DNA of 64,000 nt from Eubacteriales bacterium (GTDB taxonomy: Bacteria; Bacillota; Clostridia; Oscillospirales; CAG-272): positions 1,552 through 65,551 of the forward strand of contig JAZNOM010000091.1 of the NCBI GenBank assembly GCA_045580835.1. The letters are read 5' to 3'. Shown here piece by piece: positions 18,275-26,844 of the stretch. A program made the translations under genes and the position numbers. The first letter of the stretch is position 1, and every line of letters starts with the position of its first letter. Under the pieces are notes generated by a model. That model did not search any database, was not told where the DNA came from, and saw only the letters and a program-made list of their open reading frames with translations.

Positions 18275-19797
18275 TGTTTATTTCTCCTTGAAAGTGCGCG
18301 TATTTCGGTAGGCGAAAGCAGTAGTAAAGCCATGCCGTAAACGGCAATTCCCACACCACCTACCAAAATCACGCGAAGGATATCAATATCTGTATTTAAA
18401 CTTGCGTTGACAAGGTATACACAACCGCTCATTGCCGCAGTTGCAATGACGGATTTTACAATGTCCAGAAAGTCTTTGTACGAAAACAGAGCGCCGTCTC
18501 TCGAAAGCAAAATATAGTTCAGTGCGGCACAAATCGCAATGGTTATCGAAGATGCAACCGCAATACCGATAAAGCCTACGGCATCCACCAAAACGGTTAC
18601 GATAATAATATTTGCCACGATTGCAAGCATTGAAGCAAGCATCGGCGCTTTAACCTTTTGCTTTGCGAAAAAGAGTTTTGTAAGAACCTCGTTTGCTGAC
18701 ATGAACGGTATTCCGAGCGCGAGATATTTAAGCACCGATGCGGTCATTTCAGCATCGTATGCGGTAAACTCACCGCGCATGTAAATTGCGCGCGTGATAG
18801 GCTCTGCGAGGAAGAATATACCTGCAGCAAGCGGTATCATAAGGTAGAGCAGAATCTTAACCGATGAAGCCGCAAACGTGCGTGCGCCGTCGCTATCGCC
18901 CTCCGCCTCTGCGCGCGACAGACGCGGAAACAAAAGATTGGTTGCGACAAACGAGAACACGCCTACAATGATAATGTAAAGGCGGTTTGCGTAGTTGACC
19001 ATGGTTATGCCGCTGTCCCCTTCAAAACCCGATGCAAAACGGGTGTTGATAACATTGCACACAGGCTGAAGCCATGAGCAAACGAGAATAGGCAATGCCA
19101 TTTTCATTGAGCGGATGATATGTTCGTCTTTGAAATTAAGCGTTGGCTTAAATCTAAAGCCCAGCTTGTGCGCAGACGGTGCCTGAATTGCCGCCTGCAA
19201 AAACCAGCCGATTACAAGTGCTACAGAAAGCCCCCACACATCAAAGCGGTCGCTTAACGTGTAGAAATAAAGCACCATAACAAGGTTTGAAACAAGGCTC
19301 ATTATCGCCGGAAGCGTGTACTTTTCAAAAGATTGCAGTATTCCTACATAACAGTATGCAATTCCCGTAAAAATTATCATCGGGAACATAATTCGGCTGA
19401 GTTCGGTGGCAAATTCCTTTACCGTGTCTGACACATCGGGGGCAAGGAAAGACACAAGCGGATATGAAAAAAGCATGCCGAGCACCGAGATTATAAGCGT
19501 TATAACAAGGATAAGATTAAAGTAGCGGTTTGCAAATGAAAATGCTTTTTCTTTGCCCTCTTTAACCATAAGCTCGTTGAAAATCGGAATAAATGCCGCA
19601 GTTACAACGCCGCCCAGTGCAAAATCAAAAAGCGTTATCGGGAGTCGGCTTGCCGCCTCATACGCGGCAGCACTGACACCCGTACCAAAAGTGGAGGCAA
19701 GCAGCATATCGCGAAGCAGTCCAAGCGCCTTGGAAAGCAGCGTTACAAACACCATAAGCAGCGCCGTAGATGCAATTTTCTTTGTCGCGTTTGCCAT
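18271..19797 (-). CDS. murJ: Lipid II / polysaccharide flippase MurJ (MviN)
   Basis: SKALGLLRD, AFIPIF, YANRL, IYMRGEF; ~14 TM helices. Confidence 0.92.
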   Translation of the reverse strand: MANATKKIASTALLMVFVTLLSKALGLLRDMLLASTFGTGVSAAAYEAASRLPITLFDFALGGVVTAAFIPIFNELMVKEGKEKAFSFANRYFNLILVITLIISVLGMLFSYPLVSFLAPDVSDTVKEFATELSRIMFPMIIFTGIAYCYVGILQSFEKYTLPAIMSLVSNLVMVLYFYTLSDRFDVWGLSVALVIGWFLQAAIQAPSAHKLGFRFKPTLNFKDEHIIRSMKMALPILVCSWLQPVCNVINTRFASGFEGDSGITMVNYANRLYIIIVGVFSFVATNLLFPRLSRAEAEGDSDGARTFAASSVKILLYLMIPLAAGIFFLAEPITRAIYMRGEFTAYDAEMTASVLKYLALGIPFMSANEVLTKLFFAKQKVKAPMLASMLAIVANIIIVTVLVDAVGFIGIAVASSITIAICAALNYILLSRDGALFSYKDFLDIVKSVIATAAMSGCVYLVNASLNTDIDILRVILVGGVGIAVYGMALLLLSPTEIRALSRRNKQ

Positions 19798-19855
19798 AGT
19801 ATACCTCCTTTTGTAAAGTCTTAAAAGTAATTATATGCGAGTGTAAAGTCAGTGG

Positions 19856-20118
19856 CTAAAAATCATTCTTTTTTTGAATTGCATCAAGTTGTTCTTGAGT
19901 TAACTCAACATATCTATTGTCCGCATACATTGTTTTTGTTGTATCAGCTATTGCTTTAGATATTCTTTCTACATCAATTTCGTTATGAAATAGCGGTTCA
20001 TAGTTGGAATTTTGTGCAACCATTATAAACGAATCACCTTCCCAATCAATAGCGAAAGATGTCTTGATTTTTGTTCCATCAGTTACATCAAAAAATTCCT
20101 GTCGTCATTATTCAACAC
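19856..20118 (-). pseudogene. Frameshifted/truncated small gene (third cassette)
   Basis: 82 open codons (…EFFDVTDGTKIKTSFAIDWEGDSF…QKKNDF*) end at TAG 19856. The RBS GAGGTG and GTG at 20118 are out of frame with them. Confidence 0.5.
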
Positions 20119-20130
20119 GTGCACCTCTAT

Positions 20131-20150
20131 AATCCGTGACCGGGTTGGAT
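20131..20150. repeat. Cassette-boundary repeat, copy 1
   Basis: AATCCGTGACCGGGTTGGAT, 3 nt past the stop of the 20154-20585 gene. Confidence 0.8.
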
Positions 20151-20153
20151 TAA

Positions 20154-20585
20154 TCAATGTCCTCGCATATCGAAGATAGAACAAGGAGATTCTTTAGAGA
20201 ATTCTAAAATATAACAATTTTGATTACTGTTAAACGTTTCTTCGTTAAAGTTTAAATTCATTATTTCCATGACCAAGGTACTATGACCATTTTTCTCAAC
20301 ATCATGTACCGAACTAATATTTACAATTTCATTTTTAATATCGGTTTCGGTCAAACTTGTTTCGACCAAAATGGCAACATATAAATCGGTATGATTTCCC
20401 TTCCCACTACTGTTGCCGCAAGCGTTGACTACTTGCAAAATGTTTATTCCCGATACATCCTCTATGCCATCTACAATTTCTTCTCTATAAACGGAACAAG
20501 CAACATCATTTATCCAATAAGGCAAACAAAGAAGCATACCAACAACTAGCACGCTCAAAACGCTTATAATTAGTTTTTTCTTCAT
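20154..20585 (-). CDS. Hypothetical membrane-anchored/secreted protein (cassette 2)
   Basis: 143 aa with N-terminal hydrophobic helix, GGGGGA RBS, AT-rich. Confidence 0.7.
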   Translation of the reverse strand: MKKKLIISVLSVLVVGMLLCLPYWINDVACSVYREEIVDGIEDVSGINILQVVNACGNSSGKGNHTDLYVAILVETSLTETDIKNEIVNISSVHDVEKNGHSTLVMEIMNLNFNEETFNSNQNCYILEFSKESPCSIFDMRGH

Positions 20586-20677
20586 TTATGTATTCCCCCA
20601 ATCTTAAGAGCTGAAAGAATCGCACAATTGATTCGATATAAGCCACCAAGCAGATTTAGCAAAATTCAACTTTTAAA

Positions 20678-20697
20678 AATCCGTGACCGTGTTGGAT
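20678..20697. repeat. Cassette-boundary repeat, copy 2
   Basis: AATCCGTGACCGTGTTGGAT (19/20 identical to copy 1), 9 nt past the stop of the 20707-21126 gene. Confidence 0.8.
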
Positions 20698-20706
20698 GTG
20701 ATTTAT

Positions 20707-21126
20707 TCACCTCATAACGTATAAATCAATGTCTATATGAGTTCTAGTTTCATGACAAAAATCGATAATCTCCAAGTCTGGACCTAATGCAGGCGTAGAA
20801 TTATATGAATATATTTCAGGTACAATCTCTATATAGTATTCAACATCGAATTTCGCTTTGATTTGCTTTAATACTTCGATTTTAGGCAAGAGCGCAGAGA
20901 TTGTTTGCTTAATTTGTCTTTCAGTTTCTACATCATAATCTTCGCACTTACCGTAATCCCAACTATCAAATCCATATTGAGTTCCATTTTTTCTCAAATC
21001 TGTGCTTCTCCAAGACTTAAACGGTTTCAACCCTAGCATCTCGGTAATAACATCAGGTTCAAATGTACCACGTATTGAAAAATATGTATAACACGTATTC
21101 TCTTTTTTACGTAGTTTCTTAAACAT
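20707..21126 (-). CDS. DUF4279-like protein (cassette 1)
   Basis: YFSIRG.FEPDVITEMLGLKP...SW...IIDF...IDIDLY pattern; GAGGTG RBS. Confidence 0.75.
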   Translation of the reverse strand: MFKKLRKKENTCYTYFSIRGTFEPDVITEMLGLKPFKSWRSTDLRKNGTQYGFDSWDYGKCEDYDVETERQIKQTISALLPKIEVLKQIKAKFDVEYYIEIVPEIYSYNSTPALGPDLEIIDFCHETRTHIDIDLYVMR

Positions 21127-21164
21127 TTAGGAATCACCTCAAGAACTCAAATAAATTATAAAAC

Positions 21165-21193
21165 ATTATATCATAAAACTTACCAAAAGGCAA
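21165..21193 (-). promoter_or_regulatory. SigA promoter reading into the cassette array (and possibly murJ)
   Basis: TTGCCT-N17-TATAAT with TG extension. Confidence 0.7.
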
Positions 21194-21250
21194 CACCGCG
21201 CGCTTTCAAACTTTTGTGCAAAATATTTTCAAAAATTTGTGTTTTTCTAC

Positions 21251-21279
21251 TTGACTTAACAAAAAATCTGTGATATACT
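21251..21279 (+). promoter_or_regulatory. SigA promoter of tRNA-Pro
   Basis: TTGACT-N17-TATACT with TG extension. Confidence 0.75.
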
Positions 21280-21295
21280 TTACAGGTGCTTAAAT

Positions 21296-21371
21296 CTGGG
21301 TGTGGCGCAGTTGGTAGCGCGCTACCTTGGGGTGGTAGAGGCCGCAAGTTCAAGTCTTGTCACTCAGACCA
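21296..21371 (+). tRNA. tRNA-Pro (anticodon GGG)
   Basis: Acceptor CTGGGTG/CACTCAG-A-CCA, D arm GCGC/GCGC, anticodon arm CTACC-TTGGGGT-GGTAG, T arm GCAAG-TTCAAGT-CTTGT; 76 nt. Confidence 0.97.
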
Positions 21372-21372
21372 A

Positions 21373-21411
21373 GTAAAAGAGGAACACTTTTGTGTTCCTC
21401 TTTTACTTTTT
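21373..21411 (+). terminator. tRNA terminator
   Basis: GTAAAAGAGGAACAC-TTTT-GTGTTCCTCTTTTAC followed by T run. Confidence 0.8.
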
Positions 21412-21420
21412 CTTGGGATA

Positions 21421-21624
21421 GATAAACTTGAACTCGCGGTCATCGACCATGCCACGTGCCACGTAGTGGCTACTTGGGGTGGTAGGGTGAGCGAGCAAAA
21501 ACGATTGAGTATCGTTTTTGCGAAGCGTGTCACGAAAATAAGAAGTTGTCATCGCCGAGCGTATCGAGGCGATGTACAACGACTATATTTTCGGAAGGGC
21601 CGCGCATACATCAAGTCTTGTCAC
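21421..21624. other. Structured tRNA-Pro-derived element (antisense T-arm copy + split tRNA 3' copy + hairpins)
   Basis: 21426-21441 is antisense to the tRNA variable/T arm. 21469-21485 copies the anticodon arm (1-nt deletion). 21598-21603 and 21611-21624 copy the variable loop and T arm/acceptor. Confidence 0.65.
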
Positions 21625-21727
21625 ATGACTAAAACTATTCACCAAAATTGAATAATACAAGCAATATTGTAATTAAATCCGTTTATTCACATATACTTTT
21701 ACAAATTCTATTACGAAAGGCGGATTT

Positions 21728-22231
21728 ATGAAACGTTCAATTTCTCTTTGGCAATTCTTTGGTTTTCTTTTTACCTCGGTACTTGGAACACTGCTTCATT
21801 TTCTCTATGAGTGGAGCGGCGAAAGTGCACTTGTTGCACCGTTTGCAGCAGTAAACGAGTCTACATGGGAGCATATGAAAATCCTATTCTTCCCAATGCT
21901 TATTTTTGCAATTATAGAAAGCCGACTGTTTAAAGAATATCAGAATTTTTGGTGCGTCAAACTGAAAGGTATTTTGCTTGGGCTTTTGCTGATTCCCGTA
22001 ATTTTTTACACATATAACGGCGCTATCGGAATCTCGCCCGACTTTGTAAACATAGCAATCTTTTACGTAGTTGCGGCAATTTCATATGTTTATGAAACAA
22101 AACGGTTTAAATCAGGCTCGCAAAACTGCAATCAAGCGGCGGCAATCGGCACGCTTTGCATTATCGTGCTTTTGTTTGCAATTTTCACGTTTGTTCCGCC
22201 TGCGCTGCCGCTATTCATATCTCCCGTATAA
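21728..22231 (+). CDS. DUF6512-like membrane protein
   Basis: GTLLHFLYEWSG, VNESTWEHMKILFFP; five TM helices. Confidence 0.75.
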   Translation: MKRSISLWQFFGFLFTSVLGTLLHFLYEWSGESALVAPFAAVNESTWEHMKILFFPMLIFAIIESRLFKEYQNFWCVKLKGILLGLLLIPVIFYTYNGAIGISPDFVNIAIFYVVAAISYVYETKRFKSGSQNCNQAAAIGTLCIIVLLFAIFTFVPPALPLFISPV

Positions 22232-22373
22232 AGGTATTCGCTTTGCGAATACCTTTTTTGTATCTAAAATGCACAAAAATATATATTTTATAAACCTTTT
22301 GGTTGGTTCATATTGCCTTTTATAAATAAAATATGTTATATTTATTTCAGTAAACCAAAAAGGAGAAACAACA

Positions 22374-24626
22374 ATGAAAAAAGTTTTAACTCTGTTGCTT
22401 GTTTTAATGTGTTTGTCAATCACAGTTTTTGCAAAAGAAACCGTGATTTACGAAAACGACTTTTCAAGCAGTGACTTGTCCGACTTTACAATGCACGGCA
22501 CAATGGAAGTGGTAAACGGTACTCTTAAAGCCATTGGCAGCGGTTCTTCCGCTTACGTCGCCTACGAACTGCCAAAGCAGTATCAAGGCATGGACTACAT
22601 TGTTGAAGTTGACTATATCGGTCACAACAACATGGGCGGTCTGCTTGTGGGCGCAACAAGCGATAAGCTTACCAAAGAACCTTCGTATTTTTCAGGCTAT
22701 ACTGCAACCACAGGTTCAAGCGGCGAAAAAGTATACATTGCATACTTCAGTGAAACCGGCTGGGGTGGCAACTTTGCCCCCGGAACAAATCCGGTTAAAA
22801 ATATGGATCTTCACCTTTCGGTAAAGGTTTATAAGGGTGCAATGACCTTCCGCGTAACTACTCTCGACGGCTCAAAGCTTATTCAAGAGTTCAGATATGA
22901 GCCCGGCGACCATGAAAATGACATTTACGACACACTTACCTCTACCACCGGTATCCGCCAGTACTATGCGGATGCAGGTCACTTTGACAATTTCAAAGTA
23001 ACAATCATTGAAGATGATGTTCTCCCCGCAATGAAAGATTCTGTTAAACTCGGCGATACTGCGTTCAAGGCAAACGGTCTTACCGTAAAAGACGGTGTTG
23101 TAAGCGGCAACGGCGCAATGCTCTCCGAAAAGGCGCTCACCGGTGAATACAGAATAGATTTCTCCATTGCCAACAAAAACATCTCACGTTTCTACTTCGG
23201 CATGCAGGATGAAAAGAACGGCTATGCAGTAGAACTTGATGAAAAAGAACAGGAAATCACTCTCTTTGCAATCAAAGACGGCGTTTTCTCAATCCTCTCC
23301 AAGAGAGCTTTCATAATCCGTGAAGGATACTGCGACTTTACAATCGACGTTCACGACGGCATTGCATCCGTTTTTTATAACAACTTCTTCCTTGATGAAG
23401 ACACAATGCCCAAGGTTGAGTTTTACCTTGACAATCTCGACGGCAAGTTCGGTCTTTGGCTAAGCGGCGGCTCTACGCAGCTTTTGAACGTTGGCAAGAG
23501 TGAGGTTGAGCTTCCCGACGAATACTTTATCAACCCCGTAAACTCCGGCGCTGACCCCGACGTACTCTACTATAACGGCACATATTACCTCTACGTTTAC
23601 GAAAACAGCGGATTTAATTATTTCCGTCTTTACACATCCCCCGACCTTGTACACTTTACAAAGAGAAACTACATCTTTACATGGGACCCCATTAATTACA
23701 GCAACGTAAACAGCAACACTCCTTGGAGCCCCAATGTATTCTACAACGAGAGTGACGGTCTCTTCTACCTTACATTTGCGGCTGAACAGAACGGTCTTAA
23801 CGACACAAGACGCATATATTATGCACATTCCGATTCTCCCTTTGGTCCTTTCGTTCATGACGGTCCGCTTACCCCCATCAACCCTGATGTCTATGAGATT
23901 GACGGACATGCTTTCACCGGTTACGACGGAAAGACCTATATGTCCTTCTCCCGCTATGACGAGGGCGGCACCATCTGGTTTGAAGAAGTAATTATCAAGG
24001 ACGGCACCATTACAGCAAAGCCTGAAACTGCAACTAGAGTTGTTGTTTCCGACCGCGAATGGGATAATGACGGTGCGCTTCGCCTTTGCGAAGGCGGCTT
24101 TGTCTGGAAGCATGACGGCTACTACTACCTCATTTACGCAACCGGCTCATACTCGCGTCACTACGGCGAAGCTGTTGCAGTTTCCAAGAACCCGCTTGGT
24201 CCTTACGAAAAGTATGACTATAACCCCATACTCAACTGGAACTACATCATCGACGGCCCCGGCGATGCGCTTATCATTCCCTCTCCCGACGGCGAGGAGC
24301 TTTATATGGTACACCACCGCCACAGAGTTCCCGATAACGGCGGCAAAACTCGCGACACTTGTATCGCGCTTATGGAATTTGTGGAAGACCCTGACGGTGG
24401 ACCCGACATTCTTGTTGTAAACGGTCCTTCAAGCACTCCGCAGAAGATGCCCTCCAACAAGTACCGCTTTGACGTTAACCGTGACGGTAAAGTTACAATT
24501 GCAGATGCTTTGGTTGTACTTAAGCAAGTTCATTCCTCTGCAGATTACAGCGGCTTCTACGACGTAGATGCAAACGGCTCTATCGGTATGGGCGACGTTT
24601 CCGCTATACTTGAAAAAATAAAGTAA
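22374..24626 (+). CDS. Secreted GH43 glycoside hydrolase with two N-terminal beta-sandwich modules and C-terminal dockerin
   Basis: Signal peptide; GH43 motifs ADPDV, WSP, IDGH and EGG; dockerin DVNRDGKVTIADAL...DVDANGSIGMGDV. Confidence 0.88.
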   Translation: MKKVLTLLLVLMCLSITVFAKETVIYENDFSSSDLSDFTMHGTMEVVNGTLKAIGSGSSAYVAYELPKQYQGMDYIVEVDYIGHNNMGGLLVGATSDKLTKEPSYFSGYTATTGSSGEKVYIAYFSETGWGGNFAPGTNPVKNMDLHLSVKVYKGAMTFRVTTLDGSKLIQEFRYEPGDHENDIYDTLTSTTGIRQYYADAGHFDNFKVTIIEDDVLPAMKDSVKLGDTAFKANGLTVKDGVVSGNGAMLSEKALTGEYRIDFSIANKNISRFYFGMQDEKNGYAVELDEKEQEITLFAIKDGVFSILSKRAFIIREGYCDFTIDVHDGIASVFYNNFFLDEDTMPKVEFYLDNLDGKFGLWLSGGSTQLLNVGKSEVELPDEYFINPVNSGADPDVLYYNGTYYLYVYENSGFNYFRLYTSPDLVHFTKRNYIFTWDPINYSNVNSNTPWSPNVFYNESDGLFYLTFAAEQNGLNDTRRIYYAHSDSPFGPFVHDGPLTPINPDVYEIDGHAFTGYDGKTYMSFSRYDEGGTIWFEEVIIKDGTITAKPETATRVVVSDREWDNDGALRLCEGGFVWKHDGYYYLIYATGSYSRHYGEAVAVSKNPLGPYEKYDYNPILNWNYIIDGPGDALIIPSPDGEELYMVHHRHRVPDNGGKTRDTCIALMEFVEDPDGGPDILVVNGPSSTPQKMPSNKYRFDVNRDGKVTIADALVVLKQVHSSADYSGFYDVDANGSIGMGDVSAILEKIK

Positions 24627-24644
24627 AGGAGAGGAGAAATAACA

Positions 24645-26798
24645 ATGAAAAGAATAATTTGTCTTACTCTCGCGGTATTACTTGCATTGTCCGCTATGTC
24701 AATCGTGACATTCGCAAGCGATGACGTTGTGTATATCTCGTACAACAAGGGTAATAACGCAAACAACGGCCTTACCGATGCGACTCCCAAAAAGAGCCTC
24801 GGTCTGGCAAACGGCAACGGTGCATTTGGTGTTATCTCGGGCGGCGGCACAATGGTAATCAGTGAAAAGCTTTACTTTGGCGACAACTACACATGGCAGG
24901 CAAGCGGTGCCACCACTATCACTGCAAACTACGGCGGAAAAGATTACAAAAACGCAACCCCTGCTACTAATCCCGCAAGCGGTGTTTTGAAAATCAAGCC
25001 GGGTTGCACTCTCACGGTAAAGAGCGACCTTACGCTTGATGACATGATTCTCTTCTCCGAGGGCACAAAAGACACCATCGTAGTTACAAACGGCGCAACT
25101 CTCACAATCACCGATACGGTTCTCACTTTGTCAAAGAGTACGTACAATTTCAACATCGTAGTTGAAAGCGGTGCAAAGGCAGTAATAAACGGCGGCACAT
25201 ACTCTTCGATAACGGGCGACGGTGACATTACAACCGGCAAAAATGTAACTGTCAGCAAGCAATCTCTTATGGAAGACAGCGGAACTTATGCGTACATTTC
25301 CTACAATACAGGCAAAAACGCAAATGACGGTCTTTCTGATTCAACTCCAAAACAAGGTCTTGGCGCCGTAGACGGTGACGGCGTTGTAGGTATCCTTAAA
25401 AAAGGCGGTACCCTCGTAATCAGTGGAAAAATGTATGTAGGCTCAAGCTACACATGGAACACAAAGGGCAAAGTTACTATTACCGCAAACTTCGGCGGCA
25501 AGGACTACAAGAATACAGAGCCTTCAAACAACCCAGCAAGCGGCGTTATGAAGTTGAAACCCGGCTCGACTTTCACAGTAGCAAGTGACATCACGCTTGA
25601 TAACATGATTCTCTTCCAGGAGAATGCACAGTGCACGATAGTTGTCGCAAGCGGTGCTACATTCACGGTTAACGAAAATGTTATTACGATGTCAAACAAA
25701 GACCATTTCATGAATGTTATTGTTGCAAAGGGCGGTAAAGCAGTTATTAACGGCGGTACATTCTCATCTGTCAGCGGTGACGGTGAAATCATACTCGGCG
25801 AAAAAGCAACCGTTTTGGGCAAAGCCGAGGAAGTCGTTAAAGAAGAGGCTCCGAAGCGCGAACCAATCGTATGCTTTGTAGACTATAACAACGGCAACAA
25901 CGCAAACAAGGGCGAAAGCGCAGATAAAGCCGTAAAGACATACAGCGATGGCGTATTCAAGCGCATGGCAGTCGGCGGCACTGTTGTTGTAAGCGGCAAA
26001 TCGTCAATCGGCGGTAACTACTCCATGCCCCTGCTTGTAAAACCCGTTACATTTACATCGGTTTACGGCGGTGTTGACTACCGCGGAAACGCCGAATCGC
26101 AGTTCTGCCTTGCTGACAACACAACCCTTACAATTTCAAGCGATGTTAAATTTGAAAACATTTGTCTTCTCAGAGAAATAGGTGCAAATACAATAAAGGT
26201 AACAAACGGTGCGACACTCACCGTTGCAGATACCGTTTCCTTTAAGTCACTTGCGGCTGACGGCAAGCATTACAGCCTTGTGGTTGAAAAGGGTGCTACC
26301 GCAATCCTTTCGGCAGAAGCACAAAAGCAGTTTGCAATAAGCGGCGAGGGCACAATTTTCACCTACACCGACGGTTACAGTGAATTCTTCAACAAACATC
26401 TTGGTGCAAGCACTATTGTTGAGCTTACCATCGGCAATGCAACCGCGTTTGTTAATGGCAAAGCTCATACTCTTGACGCAGCACCTATTAACCGAAACAA
26501 TCGTACAATGCTCCCCGTAAGATTCCTTGCAAACGCGTTTGGCGTTTCAAACGACGGCATCAAGTGGGATGCGGCTACCCGCACCGCTACTCTTACAAAT
26601 TCAAGCGTTACTATCGTTATTACGATTGATGCAAAATCCATGACCGTAAACGGTCAGCCAGTCGCACTCGACTCCCCTGCAATTATCGAAAAGAACCGCA
26701 CATATCTTCCCGTTCGTGCAATTGCAAACGCACTCGGCGTTTCAAATGACAACATCGTATGGGACGGTGCAACAAGCACTGCGACTCTTGTTAAATAA
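24645..26798 (+). CDS. Secreted surface protein: three ~190-aa repeats + copper-amine-oxidase N-terminal (stalk) domain
   Basis: Repeats start YISYNKGNNANNG, YISYNTGKNANDG and FVDYNNGNNANKG. C terminus has RTMLPVRFLA...WD and RTYLPVRAIA...WD. Confidence 0.8.
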   Translation: MKRIICLTLAVLLALSAMSIVTFASDDVVYISYNKGNNANNGLTDATPKKSLGLANGNGAFGVISGGGTMVISEKLYFGDNYTWQASGATTITANYGGKDYKNATPATNPASGVLKIKPGCTLTVKSDLTLDDMILFSEGTKDTIVVTNGATLTITDTVLTLSKSTYNFNIVVESGAKAVINGGTYSSITGDGDITTGKNVTVSKQSLMEDSGTYAYISYNTGKNANDGLSDSTPKQGLGAVDGDGVVGILKKGGTLVISGKMYVGSSYTWNTKGKVTITANFGGKDYKNTEPSNNPASGVMKLKPGSTFTVASDITLDNMILFQENAQCTIVVASGATFTVNENVITMSNKDHFMNVIVAKGGKAVINGGTFSSVSGDGEIILGEKATVLGKAEEVVKEEAPKREPIVCFVDYNNGNNANKGESADKAVKTYSDGVFKRMAVGGTVVVSGKSSIGGNYSMPLLVKPVTFTSVYGGVDYRGNAESQFCLADNTTLTISSDVKFENICLLREIGANTIKVTNGATLTVADTVSFKSLAADGKHYSLVVEKGATAILSAEAQKQFAISGEGTIFTYTDGYSEFFNKHLGASTIVELTIGNATAFVNGKAHTLDAAPINRNNRTMLPVRFLANAFGVSNDGIKWDAATRTATLTNSSVTIVITIDAKSMTVNGQPVALDSPAIIEKNRTYLPVRAIANALGVSNDNIVWDGATSTATLVK

Positions 26799-26811
26799 GT
26801 TGACTAAACAA

Positions 26812-26841
26812 AAAAACAACCGCCATATGGCGGTTGTTTTT
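26812..26841. terminator. Bidirectional terminator
   Basis: AAAAACAACCGCC-ATAT-GGCGGTTGTTTTT. Confidence 0.8.
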
Positions 26842-26844
26842 TGC

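Noticed and set aside
19812-19850. TGTAAAGTC repeated 30 bp apart upstream of murJ
   Set aside because: Too short to distinguish from chance, and it does not bracket the cassette region as a target duplication would.
20131-20697. 20-bp direct repeats as a CRISPR array
   Set aside because: Only two copies, 547 bp apart with a whole gene between them, and no cas genes.
21286-21651. 121-aa ORF over the tRNA
   Set aside because: It overlaps a canonical tRNA-Pro and its terminator.
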